Assembly (NCBI GenBank): GCA_034439575.1
Contig: JAWXAQ010000033.1
Location: forward strand, 160,001 to 224,000
Direction of reading: 5' to 3'
DNA: 64,000 bases
DNA from: Leptospira sp.
GTDB lineage: Bacteria > Spirochaetota > Leptospiria > Leptospirales > Leptospiraceae
The notes under the pieces are model-generated. The model worked only from the letters and a program-made list of their open reading frames with translations, was not told where the DNA came from and searched no databases. Below are positions 50,259 to 60,735 of the stretch, piece by piece. A program made the translations under genes and the position numbers. Within the stretch, counting starts at the first letter, position 1. Each line of letters opens with the position of its first letter.

Positions 50259-51329
50259 TTAAAAATTATATTCTAATATATGTTTGACGATATCAATTTC
50301 GCCAGAAATTCGTATGTCTAAAATTTTAGAAATACTGTTAGAATTGTCAATTCCAGAAATAACATTTTCAAAATTACAATCTGAAATATCGGAATGACTC
50401 ATATAGGCACTGTGAAAATATTTTTGTAAAGATTGCACTAAAAATGGAAACTCTGCAAAGTCACCACGATCTGTATAAAGAATCGGAGTATTTGCCAGAT
50501 AACATTCAGATAAAATTCCATAACCAGGTTTTGTTAAAACATAATCGCAGGCAGTCACTAAATCTGGATAATAACAATTTTCTGGTGATATAACATGCTT
50601 TAAATCAAGACCTGGAACACCGTAAGCCACCAATTGTATTTCTTTTGATAACTTTTCCCATTTCATTTCAAAGCCAGACAGTCCATAAGCACCAAAGGAA
50701 AGTAATATATACTTTTTATCTTTTTGAAAGCCAAAAGATTTTCTTGCTTCATTTTTTGAAAGATTGGGTTTTCTACCGACGAGACCGACATTGCTAAATT
50801 CGAGAAATGGAGGCATGGGACAAGTGAAAGGTAAAAACAAACCTTCCGTTGCGAACGAATATTCAGTACGATAAATGTCGCTTATGACTGAAAAATATGG
50901 ATCATCTTTTGCATAATTTTGATAAATAAAATCCCATGTAAAATTTCCTATAAAAATGGATGGAATCCCAACTTCCACAGCCAAAACTAAAGGCAATGAA
51001 GCAGCATCAGTGAGTATGAGTTGAATTTTATTTTTACGGCAATACTTAGCCTCTGTTTGAAGGAGAGAATTTTTTATTTTTTCAAACTCTTGTAAGCTTT
51101 CTTTTGTTTTTGTAATATCTAAAGAAAGCGAATCTTTCTGAAAGACCCCTACATCCAAATTCAATTCTCGTTTAATCAGTTTAGGATGGGACCAATCTAT
51201 AAACTGGACTCGACTAGAAATCAAATGTACTTCACTAATTTCCTTTTGATTTAATAACTCTTTAAGTATAACTGATGTTCGACTGATATGTCCAAACCCA
51301 TGACCAGAAGCGTAATAATATATATTCAA
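50259..51329 (-). CDS. GT-B glycosyltransferase-like protein
   Basis: SGHGFGHISR, LLSFG, YPDLV..CD.V.TKPGYG..SE. Confidence 0.8.
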   Translation of the reverse strand: MNIYYYASGHGFGHISRTSVILKELLNQKEISEVHLISSRVQFIDWSHPKLIKRELNLDVGVFQKDSLSLDITKTKESLQEFEKIKNSLLQTEAKYCRKNKIQLILTDAASLPLVLAVEVGIPSIFIGNFTWDFIYQNYAKDDPYFSVISDIYRTEYSFATEGLFLPFTCPMPPFLEFSNVGLVGRKPNLSKNEARKSFGFQKDKKYILLSFGAYGLSGFEMKWEKLSKEIQLVAYGVPGLDLKHVISPENCYYPDLVTACDYVLTKPGYGILSECYLANTPILYTDRGDFAEFPFLVQSLQKYFHSAYMSHSDISDCNFENVISGIDNSNSISKILDIRISGEIDIVKHILEYNF

Positions 51330-51332
51330 GAC

Positions 51333-52166
51333 TTAACCTTTGTTTTGTTGTCTTATGGATTCGTATAAAACGATACCACAGGACATTGCCAAATTTAAAG
51401 AATCAGCTTCACCGAACATAGGTAAGTAGAGTTTTTTGTCACTTATAGCTTTTGCTTCGGGGCTTAGTCCGTATTGTTCACTTCCAAATAGAAAAGCAGA
51501 TTTTTTTGTGAGATCAACACTTGAATAGAGAATGTTTCCTTCGGGTGTCACAGCATAGATTTGGTATCCGAACTTTCTTAAATTCGAAATTGTATTGTTT
51601 AAATCACTAATATAAGTTGGAAGCGTGAAAAGAGTTCCGGTGCTTGCACGAATTACGTTTGGATTAAAAAGATCTATCCTCGGATCAGTGATGATCACAA
51701 GTCCCACACCTGCTCCTTCTGCGGATCGTAAAATTGTCCCTAAATTCCCCGGTTTTTCAACACCTTCAATGATAAGGATTGGATTTGTGTCGATTCTGGA
51801 AAGCGTATCCCAAATCATTTCTGCATTGGGAGTTTCTGCTATGGCAATGAGTCCGTCAGGGCGATCTCGATAGGAAATTTTTTCGAAGATTTTTTTCGGA
51901 AGTTCATAGACTGGACAATGGACACTAGATACTAACTTTTGTTCGTTCTTTCCTAAATAACATTCGGGGGAAATAAATAAAGAATGGAGATTGATCGGAA
52001 AACAATCTAGGTCATTTGATTTTTTAGTAATGGCTTTTTGGATTTCACGATAACCTTCTATAAAAAATTTTTTCTCCTCATCTCTGTTACGTTTTTCTTT
52101 GAGAGATGAAACCCATTTTACTTTTGGATTGGAAAAACTTGTAATTTCTTGGACTTTGATGGGCAT
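51333..52166 (-). CDS. TrmH/SpoU family RNA methyltransferase
   Basis: IEG.RE, EKPGNLGTILRSA, FGSEQYG, PM.G.ADSLNLA. Confidence 0.92.
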   Translation of the reverse strand: MPIKVQEITSFSNPKVKWVSSLKEKRNRDEEKKFFIEGYREIQKAITKKSNDLDCFPINLHSLFISPECYLGKNEQKLVSSVHCPVYELPKKIFEKISYRDRPDGLIAIAETPNAEMIWDTLSRIDTNPILIIEGVEKPGNLGTILRSAEGAGVGLVIITDPRIDLFNPNVIRASTGTLFTLPTYISDLNNTISNLRKFGYQIYAVTPEGNILYSSVDLTKKSAFLFGSEQYGLSPEAKAISDKKLYLPMFGEADSLNLAMSCGIVLYESIRQQNKG

Positions 52167-52171
52167 TCCAT

Positions 52172-53011
52172 TTACACTTTTCTTTGAAAAAAAGAACAAA
52201 AGCCAGATGGGTATTTTTTCCCTGATGTTTCTGGGATGAATAATTCGTCCGTATGATAAATCCCTTTAGTTTTGATCCTACTTGAAAGAATTCTTTCTAA
52301 TGTGAGTGGGCTATATCCTTGGCTATGACAACTTAAGATCACAAACTTGGGTGAATGGTCGCATAACTCCATAAGTGCATCCATAAGTTCAGGCAGATTT
52401 TCTTCTATTTTCCAAACTTCTCCTTTGTTCCCACGTCCAAAACTGGGGGGATCCAAAATGATGCCTTGGTATTTTTTGTTTCGTTTGATTTCGCGTCGTA
52501 TAAATTTTAAAACATCATCCACGATCCACCTAACGGGTTTATCACTAAGGCCTGAGAGAGTGGCATTTTCACGAGCCCAATCAACCATTCCTTTGGATGC
52601 ATCCACATGACAAACATTCATTCCAGCATCTAAGCAAGCTAAGGTGGAGCCTCCAGAATAAGCAAAAAGATTTAATACTTCAAAACCATCTCCGGTTTTG
52701 CCAAGCTCACGTATTCGATCCCAGTTTGTCTTTTGTTCGGGAAAAATTCCAATATGACCAAACGGTGTGAGTTTAATTTTGAATTTCAAATTTGCAAAAT
52801 CGATTGAAAAACTTTCTGGAATTTTTTTATTAAAACTCCAAGATCCTGAACCAGTATCATTTTTCACATAACGAGCATCAGCATCATTCCATAATTTTGG
52901 CGTTTCTTTTCCATAGGCTGAGGAAGGGGAGGATCTGATGAGTTTGTATCCACCCACCATTTCCAATTTTGTAAAATCGCCGGAATCAAGTAATTCGTAT
53001 TGTTGTTTCAT
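52172..53011 (-). CDS. Class I SAM-dependent methyltransferase (RlmI/RlmK-like)
   Basis: GIFPEQ, LNLFAYSGG, VDAS, ILDPPSF. Confidence 0.85.
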   Translation of the reverse strand: MKQQYELLDSGDFTKLEMVGGYKLIRSSPSSAYGKETPKLWNDADARYVKNDTGSGSWSFNKKIPESFSIDFANLKFKIKLTPFGHIGIFPEQKTNWDRIRELGKTGDGFEVLNLFAYSGGSTLACLDAGMNVCHVDASKGMVDWARENATLSGLSDKPVRWIVDDVLKFIRREIKRNKKYQGIILDPPSFGRGNKGEVWKIEENLPELMDALMELCDHSPKFVILSCHSQGYSPLTLERILSSRIKTKGIYHTDELFIPETSGKKYPSGFCSFFQRKV

Positions 53012-54978
53012 TTTATTTCCAAAAGAATAAATGTAATATCGTCTTCCCATTCTTTTAAAGTACGTCTAGAGAACGATTCTAATTCAGTGATCAGTGCCTT
53101 TACCCACAATTTTGGTTCTAAAGAAAAGTTCAGTTCCAAAAATTGGACCAATCGATTTTCTCCATACATTTCCTCTTTGGGATTGAATGTTTCTGTGACA
53201 CCATCAGTTAAAATTAAAACCCGATCCCCGGGTTCTGTCGGAAAACTAACTTCATCAATGCTGATATGTGGAAAAGCTCCGATGATGCGACCTTTAGGAT
53301 GTACTTTGATGATTTCACCAGACTTTCTTTGTAAGTAGGAAGAAGGATGGCCTGCCCTTCCAAAACGCCAAGTTTTCGTTTCTACATTTATGTAAGTATA
53401 TGCGGCCGTTAGGTATTGGGGTGTACAATTTCCAAATAAAACTTGGTTCATACCTTCTAATACGCGTTTTGGGGAAAACAGGTTGTCCTTTTGAGTCGCA
53501 TAGGCAATTTTTCCCATAGCAGAGATAAGGGATGCTGGAATTCCATGACCCGAAACATCACAAAGCAGGGTACCAAGCTCACTTGTGTTTGGCGAATAAA
53601 ACTCATAAAAATCTCCGCCCACTTGTTTCATAGGTTGGATAAAAACTTGGATCTGTAAGTTATCGATATTTGGTATCGTTTTTGGCAGAGATTGCATTAG
53701 GATATCACGAGAGATTTGCCTTTCTTTTTCATGGCGCATCACTTGTGCTTCTGCTCTATCTTTATCCAATCGGAGTAGTTGAATGCGATCTGCTAAGGCA
53801 AAAGAAAAAAGTGTGATATCGGCAAGGGATGCTATAGGAAATAACATCTCTTCTAAAAAGGAATTTGTTTCTATCGTGAATACTTTTAGAAGACTATAAA
53901 CAATACTTGAAGTCATAAGTATAATAAAAGCGGCACCAAAGTAATAGAATGATCTGATTCTTTTATAAAAACCTAGTATGATCAGACTCAAAACAAAGAG
54001 TGCAAAAATGGTGGTTAACCAACTAAGTATAATTGAAGCTAAATAGATTTGTCCAGAAAGTGAAAATACAATATTTATTATAAATGCTCCTATCATAACA
54101 TGCATTAATCGAGAAGCAATCGGTAATCTTTTATTTAGTTTTAGAAAACTATTTGTAAATAAGCCGAAAAAAAGCAAACTTGTGCTAAAGAAAAGAGAGA
54201 TACCGCTCCGCATAAAAAAAGTTAATTCAGGGAATAGAAAAAATTGTGAGAAACCAAGTAAACTCATCTGTCCTAATCCAAAAAAGAAAACATAACCTAA
54301 ATAATAAACGTAATTGATATCTCTTACAAAAAACGAAATGGCCAGGTTATAAATAAGAATTAGGCCGAGAGACCCAAAGAAAAGACCATATACCCACTGT
54401 TCGGTGTAATCTTTTTCTCTAATTTCTGATTCAGGGATCAGATTCACTGCGAATTGAAGAGAAATATCCGATTTCACTTTGAGATAAATTGGATAACCAA
54501 AATTATCTTTCGGAATCTCAACTACATAATTTCTATGTTTGATTTCGCGAAGTGACATGGGAATCATATGCCCAGTTCGTTTTTCGACGATTTGTCCATT
54601 TGGCAAAACAAAATAGAATGTCACTGAATCTATATTATGCGCTACAAGTTGTAAAAGTAGGGGATTAGCGGACGTTTGGTGTGACTTATCTATCAGGAAG
54701 CGAAACCAATGAGATGATCCAGTGAATCCAAAATTAAAAAAATCTACATTTTGATTTTTAAAATCTATCGATTCTGAATGATTTAATATATCGTCTATTT
54801 TGAGTTTGTTGGTTTTATCTTCCCAAGTTTCGATATTTTTAGTAAGGGGCTGGGTGGCGGATAAACTTACCGAGAAAAATATTAAAATAGTAAAAGTGAG
54901 TGCAGATAAAGAAAAGACAGGAGAGCCTAGGCCGTCCTGTCTTTTGAATTTAAAAGTTTTAAGCGTTCTTTTTGGCAA
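53008..54978 (-). CDS. 7TM-DISM (DISMED2 + 7TM) sensor with SpoIIE/PP2C phosphatase
   Basis: NFGFTGSSHWFR DISMED2, GLFFG..YN, 7 TM segments, LSFALA-like FSFALADR, VGGDFY, DVSGHG, AGH, TDG, DDIT; start uncertain (TTG 54978). Confidence 0.88.
   Translation of the reverse strand: MPKRTLKTFKFKRQDGLGSPVFSLSALTFTILIFFSVSLSATQPLTKNIETWEDKTNKLKIDDILNHSESIDFKNQNVDFFNFGFTGSSHWFRFLIDKSHQTSANPLLLQLVAHNIDSVTFYFVLPNGQIVEKRTGHMIPMSLREIKHRNYVVEIPKDNFGYPIYLKVKSDISLQFAVNLIPESEIREKDYTEQWVYGLFFGSLGLILIYNLAISFFVRDINYVYYLGYVFFFGLGQMSLLGFSQFFLFPELTFFMRSGISLFFSTSLLFFGLFTNSFLKLNKRLPIASRLMHVMIGAFIINIVFSLSGQIYLASIILSWLTTIFALFVLSLIILGFYKRIRSFYYFGAAFIILMTSSIVYSLLKVFTIETNSFLEEMLFPIASLADITLFSFALADRIQLLRLDKDRAEAQVMRHEKERQISRDILMQSLPKTIPNIDNLQIQVFIQPMKQVGGDFYEFYSPNTSELGTLLCDVSGHGIPASLISAMGKIAYATQKDNLFSPKRVLEGMNQVLFGNCTPQYLTAAYTYINVETKTWRFGRAGHPSSYLQRKSGEIIKVHPKGRIIGAFPHISIDEVSFPTEPGDRVLILTDGVTETFNPKEEMYGENRLVQFLELNFSLEPKLWVKALITELESFSRRTLKEWEDDITFILLEIK
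54912..54945 (-). terminator. Intrinsic terminator after gltA
   Basis: Perfect 11-bp arms AAAAGACAGGA/TCCTGTCTTTT, U-rich tail, 13 nt after the gltA stop. Confidence 0.7.
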
Positions 54979-56248
54979 CTTCGTAAGGCGTTTCAATGGC
55001 ACCTGTGTAAATTTGACGAGGGCGTCCAATTTTCATGTTTGGATCCTCAATCATTTCTTTCCACTGTGCAATCCATCCTGGCAATCTACCCATAGCAAAC
55101 ATCACAGTAAACATGTTAGTCGGTATTCCTAAGGCACGGTAAATGATTCCAGAATAGAAATCCACATTTGGATAGAGTTTTCTTTCTACGAAGTATGGAT
55201 CATTGAGGGCGGCTTCTTCCAACTCTTTGGCGATATCAAGAAGAGGATCTTTTATGCCCAATTTGTTTAATACTTTATCACAAGCTACTTTGATGATTTT
55301 GGCACGAGGGTCAAAATTTTTATAAACTCTATGACCAAAACCGTTCAATCGGAAAGAGCTATTTTTGTCTTTTGCTTGTTCTACGATCTTTTTAACACTG
55401 AGACCAGATTTTTTGATCCCTTCTAACATTTCTAATACTTCTTGGTTTGCACCACCATGACGTGGCCCCCAAAGAGCCAAAATGCCTGCAGAAATCGCGC
55501 CATATAGATTTGCAAGTGAAGATCCCACCAAACGAACAGTCGATGTGCTACAATTTTGTTCATGGTCTGCATGTAAAATTAAAAGAAGATTTAATGCGGC
55601 AACTATTTCTGGATCAATTTTGTATTCTTCTGCAGGAACAGCAAACATCATATTCAAAAAGTTACTACCATAATCCAATTCGTTTAAGGGATGTATGGTA
55701 GGTTGGCCAATTGATTTTTTATATGCGAAGGCAGCGATAGTCGGAAATTTTGCAAGCAAACGAATGATAGAAATTTCTCTATGTTCTTCATTCATCGGAT
55801 CATAAGAATCTTGATAATACGTAGATAAACATCCCATCATGCAAGACATGATTGCCATAGGGTGACCGTCTTTTGGAAACCCATTGAACAGACGTTTGAG
55901 GTCTTCATGAATCATCGTATGATGCGTGATGGATTGATTCCAGTTTTTTAGCTCAGCTTCATTTGGAAGTTTGCCATGGATCAATAGATAGGCTACTTCG
56001 GTAAACGTAGATTTTGCGGCAAGGTCTTCGATTGGAATCCCTCTATATCGCAAAATTCCTAGTTCGCCGTCTAGGAAAGTAATAGCACTTGTGCAGGCAC
56101 CGGTATTTAAATATCCGCTATCGATTGTCACATAACCTGTCAGCTGGCGAAGCTTAGTGATATCAATCGCCTTCTCATTTTCGGAACCAGTTAGTACAGG
56201 GAGTTCATACTCTTTCCCATCGATTTTTAGAATTGCCTTTTCGGACAT
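54959..56248 (-). CDS. gltA: Citrate synthase
   Basis: LRYRGIPIE, HADHEQNCST, HGGAN, GFGHRVY, YPNVDFYSG. Confidence 0.98.
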   Translation of the reverse strand: MSEKAILKIDGKEYELPVLTGSENEKAIDITKLRQLTGYVTIDSGYLNTGACTSAITFLDGELGILRYRGIPIEDLAAKSTFTEVAYLLIHGKLPNEAELKNWNQSITHHTMIHEDLKRLFNGFPKDGHPMAIMSCMMGCLSTYYQDSYDPMNEEHREISIIRLLAKFPTIAAFAYKKSIGQPTIHPLNELDYGSNFLNMMFAVPAEEYKIDPEIVAALNLLLILHADHEQNCSTSTVRLVGSSLANLYGAISAGILALWGPRHGGANQEVLEMLEGIKKSGLSVKKIVEQAKDKNSSFRLNGFGHRVYKNFDPRAKIIKVACDKVLNKLGIKDPLLDIAKELEEAALNDPYFVERKLYPNVDFYSGIIYRALGIPTNMFTVMFAMGRLPGWIAQWKEMIEDPNMKIGRPRQIYTGAIETPYEVAKKNA

Positions 56249-56316
56249 ACCTTCTCCTATCTATTCTCTTTCTATGTTGAAGGATGGCGAAGGAAAATCC
56301 GAGGAAAAGCTATTTT

Positions 56317-58590
56317 TTAAAGCTTATGGTATTTTTTCATAATGTCATACGCATAATAATTCGAGACCACAATTCGGCAATAATCCCTGGATTCCTTCAC
56401 AGGTAGGTCTTCCAGAAAATGGTTAAAATCACCGCGATAGACTGCTTTTTTCCATTTTCGCAGATTGCCTGGTCCTCCATTGTACGCGATGGATGCCCAT
56501 TTGAGTTGCCCCTCATTTGATTTGAGAAGGTATGCTAAAAATTTGGTTCCTAGGCGAATGGAAATATTTGGCGTATAAAGCGAATAATCGGTCACGCCCA
56601 TTCTTTGTGCGAGTTCTTTGCCTGTGGCGGGCATGATTTGCATGAGTCCTTTGGCATTAGAACGAGAGGTGGCTGTTTCTTTAAAAAAAGATTCCTGACG
56701 CATTAGAGCATAAACCATATCTTCTGAAATTTGGTTTTCATCGGCATATTTTTTCACAAGGTCTCTGTGAGGGCGCGGGTAAATGCGAGTGGAAATTTGT
56801 GTCGGAAGTAAAATCGGATCATCAGGAATCATATATCGTTTCAATAAGGAACGAGTATAAAAAGCCGTATAGTAGGTGTTTTTCGATTGGTCGCCAATGC
56901 CGACAAGGATTTCTTCTTTTTCCTCTTCCGATATTTTTTCTTTGAGGCTGTAATGGTTAACAAGCGATAGACCAAGTGTATCCTCACCGATTCTAAAATA
57001 GTCAGAAGCTAAGGATAACATACGATTGCTCTGTACTCGACTACTTGCATTGGCGAGTTTGGTTCCCAATTCATACGATCCTTTCGGGTAAACGAACCCT
57101 AAATTTTTACCAACAAGCGCATATGATTCTTCGGGTATGCCTGCGGTATAAGAAAGATATTCAAAAAGAGAATCTTTATTATACGTAGGATTGTTCGGCT
57201 CAGGTTCTTGTTTGATATTTGTAATAAATTCTTCACGTATAACGCGCGTATAATAAGATCCAGGACAAAGGTAATAATATCTTTTTAATTCTTTTTTTAA
57301 TCTTTCCGTCTCTTGTTTTGATTGTAAGGCACGTAAATACCAATAAACAAGTCTTCCTTTGACTGGTAAATTTGGGATCTCTGCTAGCGCTCTCTCAAAT
57401 TTTGAAATAGGCGCATATTGGATTTCTCCGTTTTGTCGTATAACGAGTGTATCGAGAAGCCTGTCTTGGTAAAATAAATTAAAAGGATACCTGCCAAGAT
57501 ATAAAACTAAATTTTCAAAATATAAATTTTCATCCCCAAGTCTATCATATGAGGCTGCTAATATTCGGTAGGTACTCGGATCTTTTCCGCCAAATGTTTT
57601 TACGAGATCTATCGCTTTGTGAAATTTATTTTGATGGTAAAGAATGTCACCAAGAATGCCTGTCCAAGATGGATCGATGTCAACATAACTTCTATTTGCT
57701 CTGAATACTCTGAAAAGTTCATCTGTGCGATCAAGTTTTACTAATTGTAATGTGAGGTTTTTAAACCCTTGGTAAAAGTGTAAGCGAGATGAAAATAATT
57801 CAGGGCGAGATTTAAAAATAGCTTCCTTGTCAGCATTATTAATCGCTGGAAAAAAAAGTGTTAATTCCGAAATCGGCAATTGATGTATGTACCCATTGCC
57901 CTTCCACTTTCCTAAATCTGCCGCTATGTATTGGATGGTGTATTCTTGTGTGGTATCTTTTTGCGCACAAAGAATCCATTCCTGAATGGCTCCGGCCTCG
58001 TCACCAAGCATTAGTTTTGCTTTCCCAAATCTATATTGAGAATCAGGTGTCACGATATAATATCTCACGGATTCCGGGATACTTGTGGTTTTATCTATAA
58101 TCTCTTTCCACTTATTTTCAATGGCAAGGAGGCGAATGAGTTCATCGAAGGCCTTACGACAAATAGGATCTTCTTCGAAGTTTAAACGGGATAGGTATTG
58201 GATTTTTTCATCATTGGTAAAATGATTTCTCTGAGAAATTTCGTTGTATAATTTCCAATATGTCAGACGGAAAAGTGTCGTCTGAAAGGGCATAGTCTGT
58301 GTGAGAATTTTTTTTGTTTCATCATTTGAAGTATCACTCACAAACACGCCGCGCACTAAAGAGATCATATATCGAAATCTAGTTTCTTTATTTCCGTTAG
58401 GTGCTTTTTCGTGGTATTCTATTAAGCTATAAACTTCGCTTTCGCGAGTCGGAGAATTTTTTTGAAATTTCCCTTCAATTTGATTCCATTGGTGGGATTT
58501 TACCCAATAATAGAGGTCTTCTTCTGCAGATAAGTGTGTGGTGAAAAGACAAACCACCAGAATTCTACTTGCTACCCAAAAAAACCTCAT
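56317..58590 (-). CDS. Soluble lytic transglycosylase (Slt70-like)
   Basis: Signal peptide, long helical region, RQES, GLMQIMP, AYNGG, ESRDY. Confidence 0.9.
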   Translation of the reverse strand: MRFFWVASRILVVCLFTTHLSAEEDLYYWVKSHQWNQIEGKFQKNSPTRESEVYSLIEYHEKAPNGNKETRFRYMISLVRGVFVSDTSNDETKKILTQTMPFQTTLFRLTYWKLYNEISQRNHFTNDEKIQYLSRLNFEEDPICRKAFDELIRLLAIENKWKEIIDKTTSIPESVRYYIVTPDSQYRFGKAKLMLGDEAGAIQEWILCAQKDTTQEYTIQYIAADLGKWKGNGYIHQLPISELTLFFPAINNADKEAIFKSRPELFSSRLHFYQGFKNLTLQLVKLDRTDELFRVFRANRSYVDIDPSWTGILGDILYHQNKFHKAIDLVKTFGGKDPSTYRILAASYDRLGDENLYFENLVLYLGRYPFNLFYQDRLLDTLVIRQNGEIQYAPISKFERALAEIPNLPVKGRLVYWYLRALQSKQETERLKKELKRYYYLCPGSYYTRVIREEFITNIKQEPEPNNPTYNKDSLFEYLSYTAGIPEESYALVGKNLGFVYPKGSYELGTKLANASSRVQSNRMLSLASDYFRIGEDTLGLSLVNHYSLKEKISEEEKEEILVGIGDQSKNTYYTAFYTRSLLKRYMIPDDPILLPTQISTRIYPRPHRDLVKKYADENQISEDMVYALMRQESFFKETATSRSNAKGLMQIMPATGKELAQRMGVTDYSLYTPNISIRLGTKFLAYLLKSNEGQLKWASIAYNGGPGNLRKWKKAVYRGDFNHFLEDLPVKESRDYCRIVVSNYYAYDIMKKYHKL

Positions 58591-58638
58591 GCATACTTCC
58601 TATACTTACGAATTTTAGAGGGAAAGGAAACCCTCCTT

Positions 58639-59889
58639 ATGAGCTCACAAAGCGAACTAAAACTACCTTGGCCAGAAATCAAACTCCACTTTGTAGGAGC
58701 CGAAATCCCGAAAGAAAACAAGGCATCTCATGCCAGCGTTTCGGAAGAGGCTCTAGACAAAACCAAACTTCCAGAATTATGGAATGCTTTTTTACATACT
58801 TTTTCGGGGAAATATTCTCGCTTTGCCAACTACCTTATGTATCTATCGACCGATTTTTCTGGTGGTTTCAAAGTTTGTTCTGTTCTTGCACCAAATTCCC
58901 CACAAAATCCATTCTCTGTTCCATTTTCATCCCCAGGGCCTGCTCTCGATATAGGCATTAGAGATACCATTTGGAAACTTTCAAAAGACAAAAGATGGGA
59001 AGAACAAGACCGCGATGAGTGGGAGTTACTAGGATACAGCTTTCTTTTGACTGGCAATATCATTGATTTTAAAGACTGGGTTCAGTTCACAAAATCAGAA
59101 TTTGGACTCAGTGAAGATTGCAAAAGATTTTTATATTTGCTTAAGTTTGGCTCAGATATTCCAGTTTCGGAAAAAAGCCTTTTGCAGATGTTAGTTGAAT
59201 ATAGTGAAGGACACATTCAAAATGTAGACTTCAAATTAATTTCTGATGCTGTTATGAAAGATGGTTATTGGCAATTGGCGGGAGTGCTTATTGATGCAAT
59301 TGGTAAAGCAAATTGGATGGGAGAAAATATCCTTCCCTTTTTAGATTTTTTATCTGGGTTTTATAATGATTGGAAGGATTGGGAAAAAGCTAAATTTTTA
59401 AATATTACTCTTGGGAAAGTTCCAGCTTATCCCGCTTTAAAGAAAGCTTCCAAAATTTTGAATAAAAATCAATTTCAAGAATATTCGAAACATCTAAAGT
59501 ATTTATTTCGTGGAGATTTTGAAGAATCTGAAAGAGGATTTGGATATGAATCGAATGTTCCCATTGATCCATTTATGATCACACTTTTAAGGTTTGATAA
59601 AGAAAGAGAAATTTATACAAATGAACTTCAAAACCAAATTCATTTGGCACCATATTCTTATATATTAAACTTACGGATGGCAATTGTTTATTTTCGAATC
59701 GGTGATTACCATCGATTTATGGAATTTTATGAAAAGGGCGGAAGGCTTAAATTTTTGCCAATTCCCTTGTATCTCTTCGCAAAAGTCAAAGAATCCAGAA
59801 AAGAAGAAACATTGGCAAATTCCATTTTGATTGCTTTGGAAAAACATGGGAGAACACCAAATTTCCCCGTCGAATTGGGTGAAATATAA
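58639..59889 (+). CDS. Hypothetical protein (helical C-terminus)
   Basis: Long ORF; ATG 58639 after AAGGA. Confidence 0.7.
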   Translation: MSSQSELKLPWPEIKLHFVGAEIPKENKASHASVSEEALDKTKLPELWNAFLHTFSGKYSRFANYLMYLSTDFSGGFKVCSVLAPNSPQNPFSVPFSSPGPALDIGIRDTIWKLSKDKRWEEQDRDEWELLGYSFLLTGNIIDFKDWVQFTKSEFGLSEDCKRFLYLLKFGSDIPVSEKSLLQMLVEYSEGHIQNVDFKLISDAVMKDGYWQLAGVLIDAIGKANWMGENILPFLDFLSGFYNDWKDWEKAKFLNITLGKVPAYPALKKASKILNKNQFQEYSKHLKYLFRGDFEESERGFGYESNVPIDPFMITLLRFDKEREIYTNELQNQIHLAPYSYILNLRMAIVYFRIGDYHRFMEFYEKGGRLKFLPIPLYLFAKVKESRKEETLANSILIALEKHGRTPNFPVELGEI

Positions 59890-59891
59890 TT

Positions 59892-60665
59892 ATGCCTTTA
59901 TCGCCAGAAGACATACAAGAGTTAACAAAATTGCAAAAGATGATACGCAATTTGGAAAAAATTGAACGGTCAGCAAAAGATGACACACAAAAAGAAAGAG
60001 TTGCATTTGATATCGAAAGATACCGCAGACGTATGCAAGAAGTTTCTCCAGAAGGGATACCTGAGAATCTAGAACAAACTATGCAAAATGCGAAATTACG
60101 TGCCTCCGATCCAAGCAATGTAAAAAATAAAGTCATTTCGCAATACCCTGTTATGAAAATATCACCTAATTCCAATGATACGGAAATTAATCAGATCGGC
60201 ACTTTGATTAATATTATGGATTTAGAATATATTCCAATCGTTGGGGATGCTCATATTAAGTTTGATTATTCACATGCAACAGAAAGAGATTCGGTATTGA
60301 AATATATGGAAAACTTACGTCGCAATATTAAAATTCTCGTGGAAACAATCGAAGAATATGCCGCGGCCGATAAACAAGAGTTTCGTGAGCAACTTTCTCG
60401 AATGAAAAATAAACAGTCTCGTATTTTTATCGCAGAATCCTTTGAGACTCTCACTAAATTTCAAGAATTTTTGAGATCGGTAAATGATGAAATCAAAGAA
60501 GGAAATAACGTCATTATGAACATGGATGAACCTATCAAATTCAATCCAAGATTTGAAAAAGCGACCATGCTCGAGGGAAAATCGATCATGGAAGGACTTC
60601 GAGAATTCCAACAATTTGTGGATGAATCCTGCGAATTGATAAAACTCCCATCTTTTAGGAGTTAA
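59892..60665 (+). CDS. Hypothetical coiled-coil/helical protein
   Basis: 257-aa ORF closely following the upstream gene. Confidence 0.75.
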   Translation: MPLSPEDIQELTKLQKMIRNLEKIERSAKDDTQKERVAFDIERYRRRMQEVSPEGIPENLEQTMQNAKLRASDPSNVKNKVISQYPVMKISPNSNDTEINQIGTLINIMDLEYIPIVGDAHIKFDYSHATERDSVLKYMENLRRNIKILVETIEEYAAADKQEFREQLSRMKNKQSRIFIAESFETLTKFQEFLRSVNDEIKEGNNVIMNMDEPIKFNPRFEKATMLEGKSIMEGLREFQQFVDESCELIKLPSFRS

Positions 60666-60735
60666 AAAAACCTTTTCAAGCTTGGGGACTCCTCCTAGAC
60701 TGGGAAAAACTCTTTATAAGGGACCGCAATAACGC

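Noticed and set aside
58534-58638. Overlap of slt with the divergent ORF
   Set aside because: Better ATG with RBS at 58639
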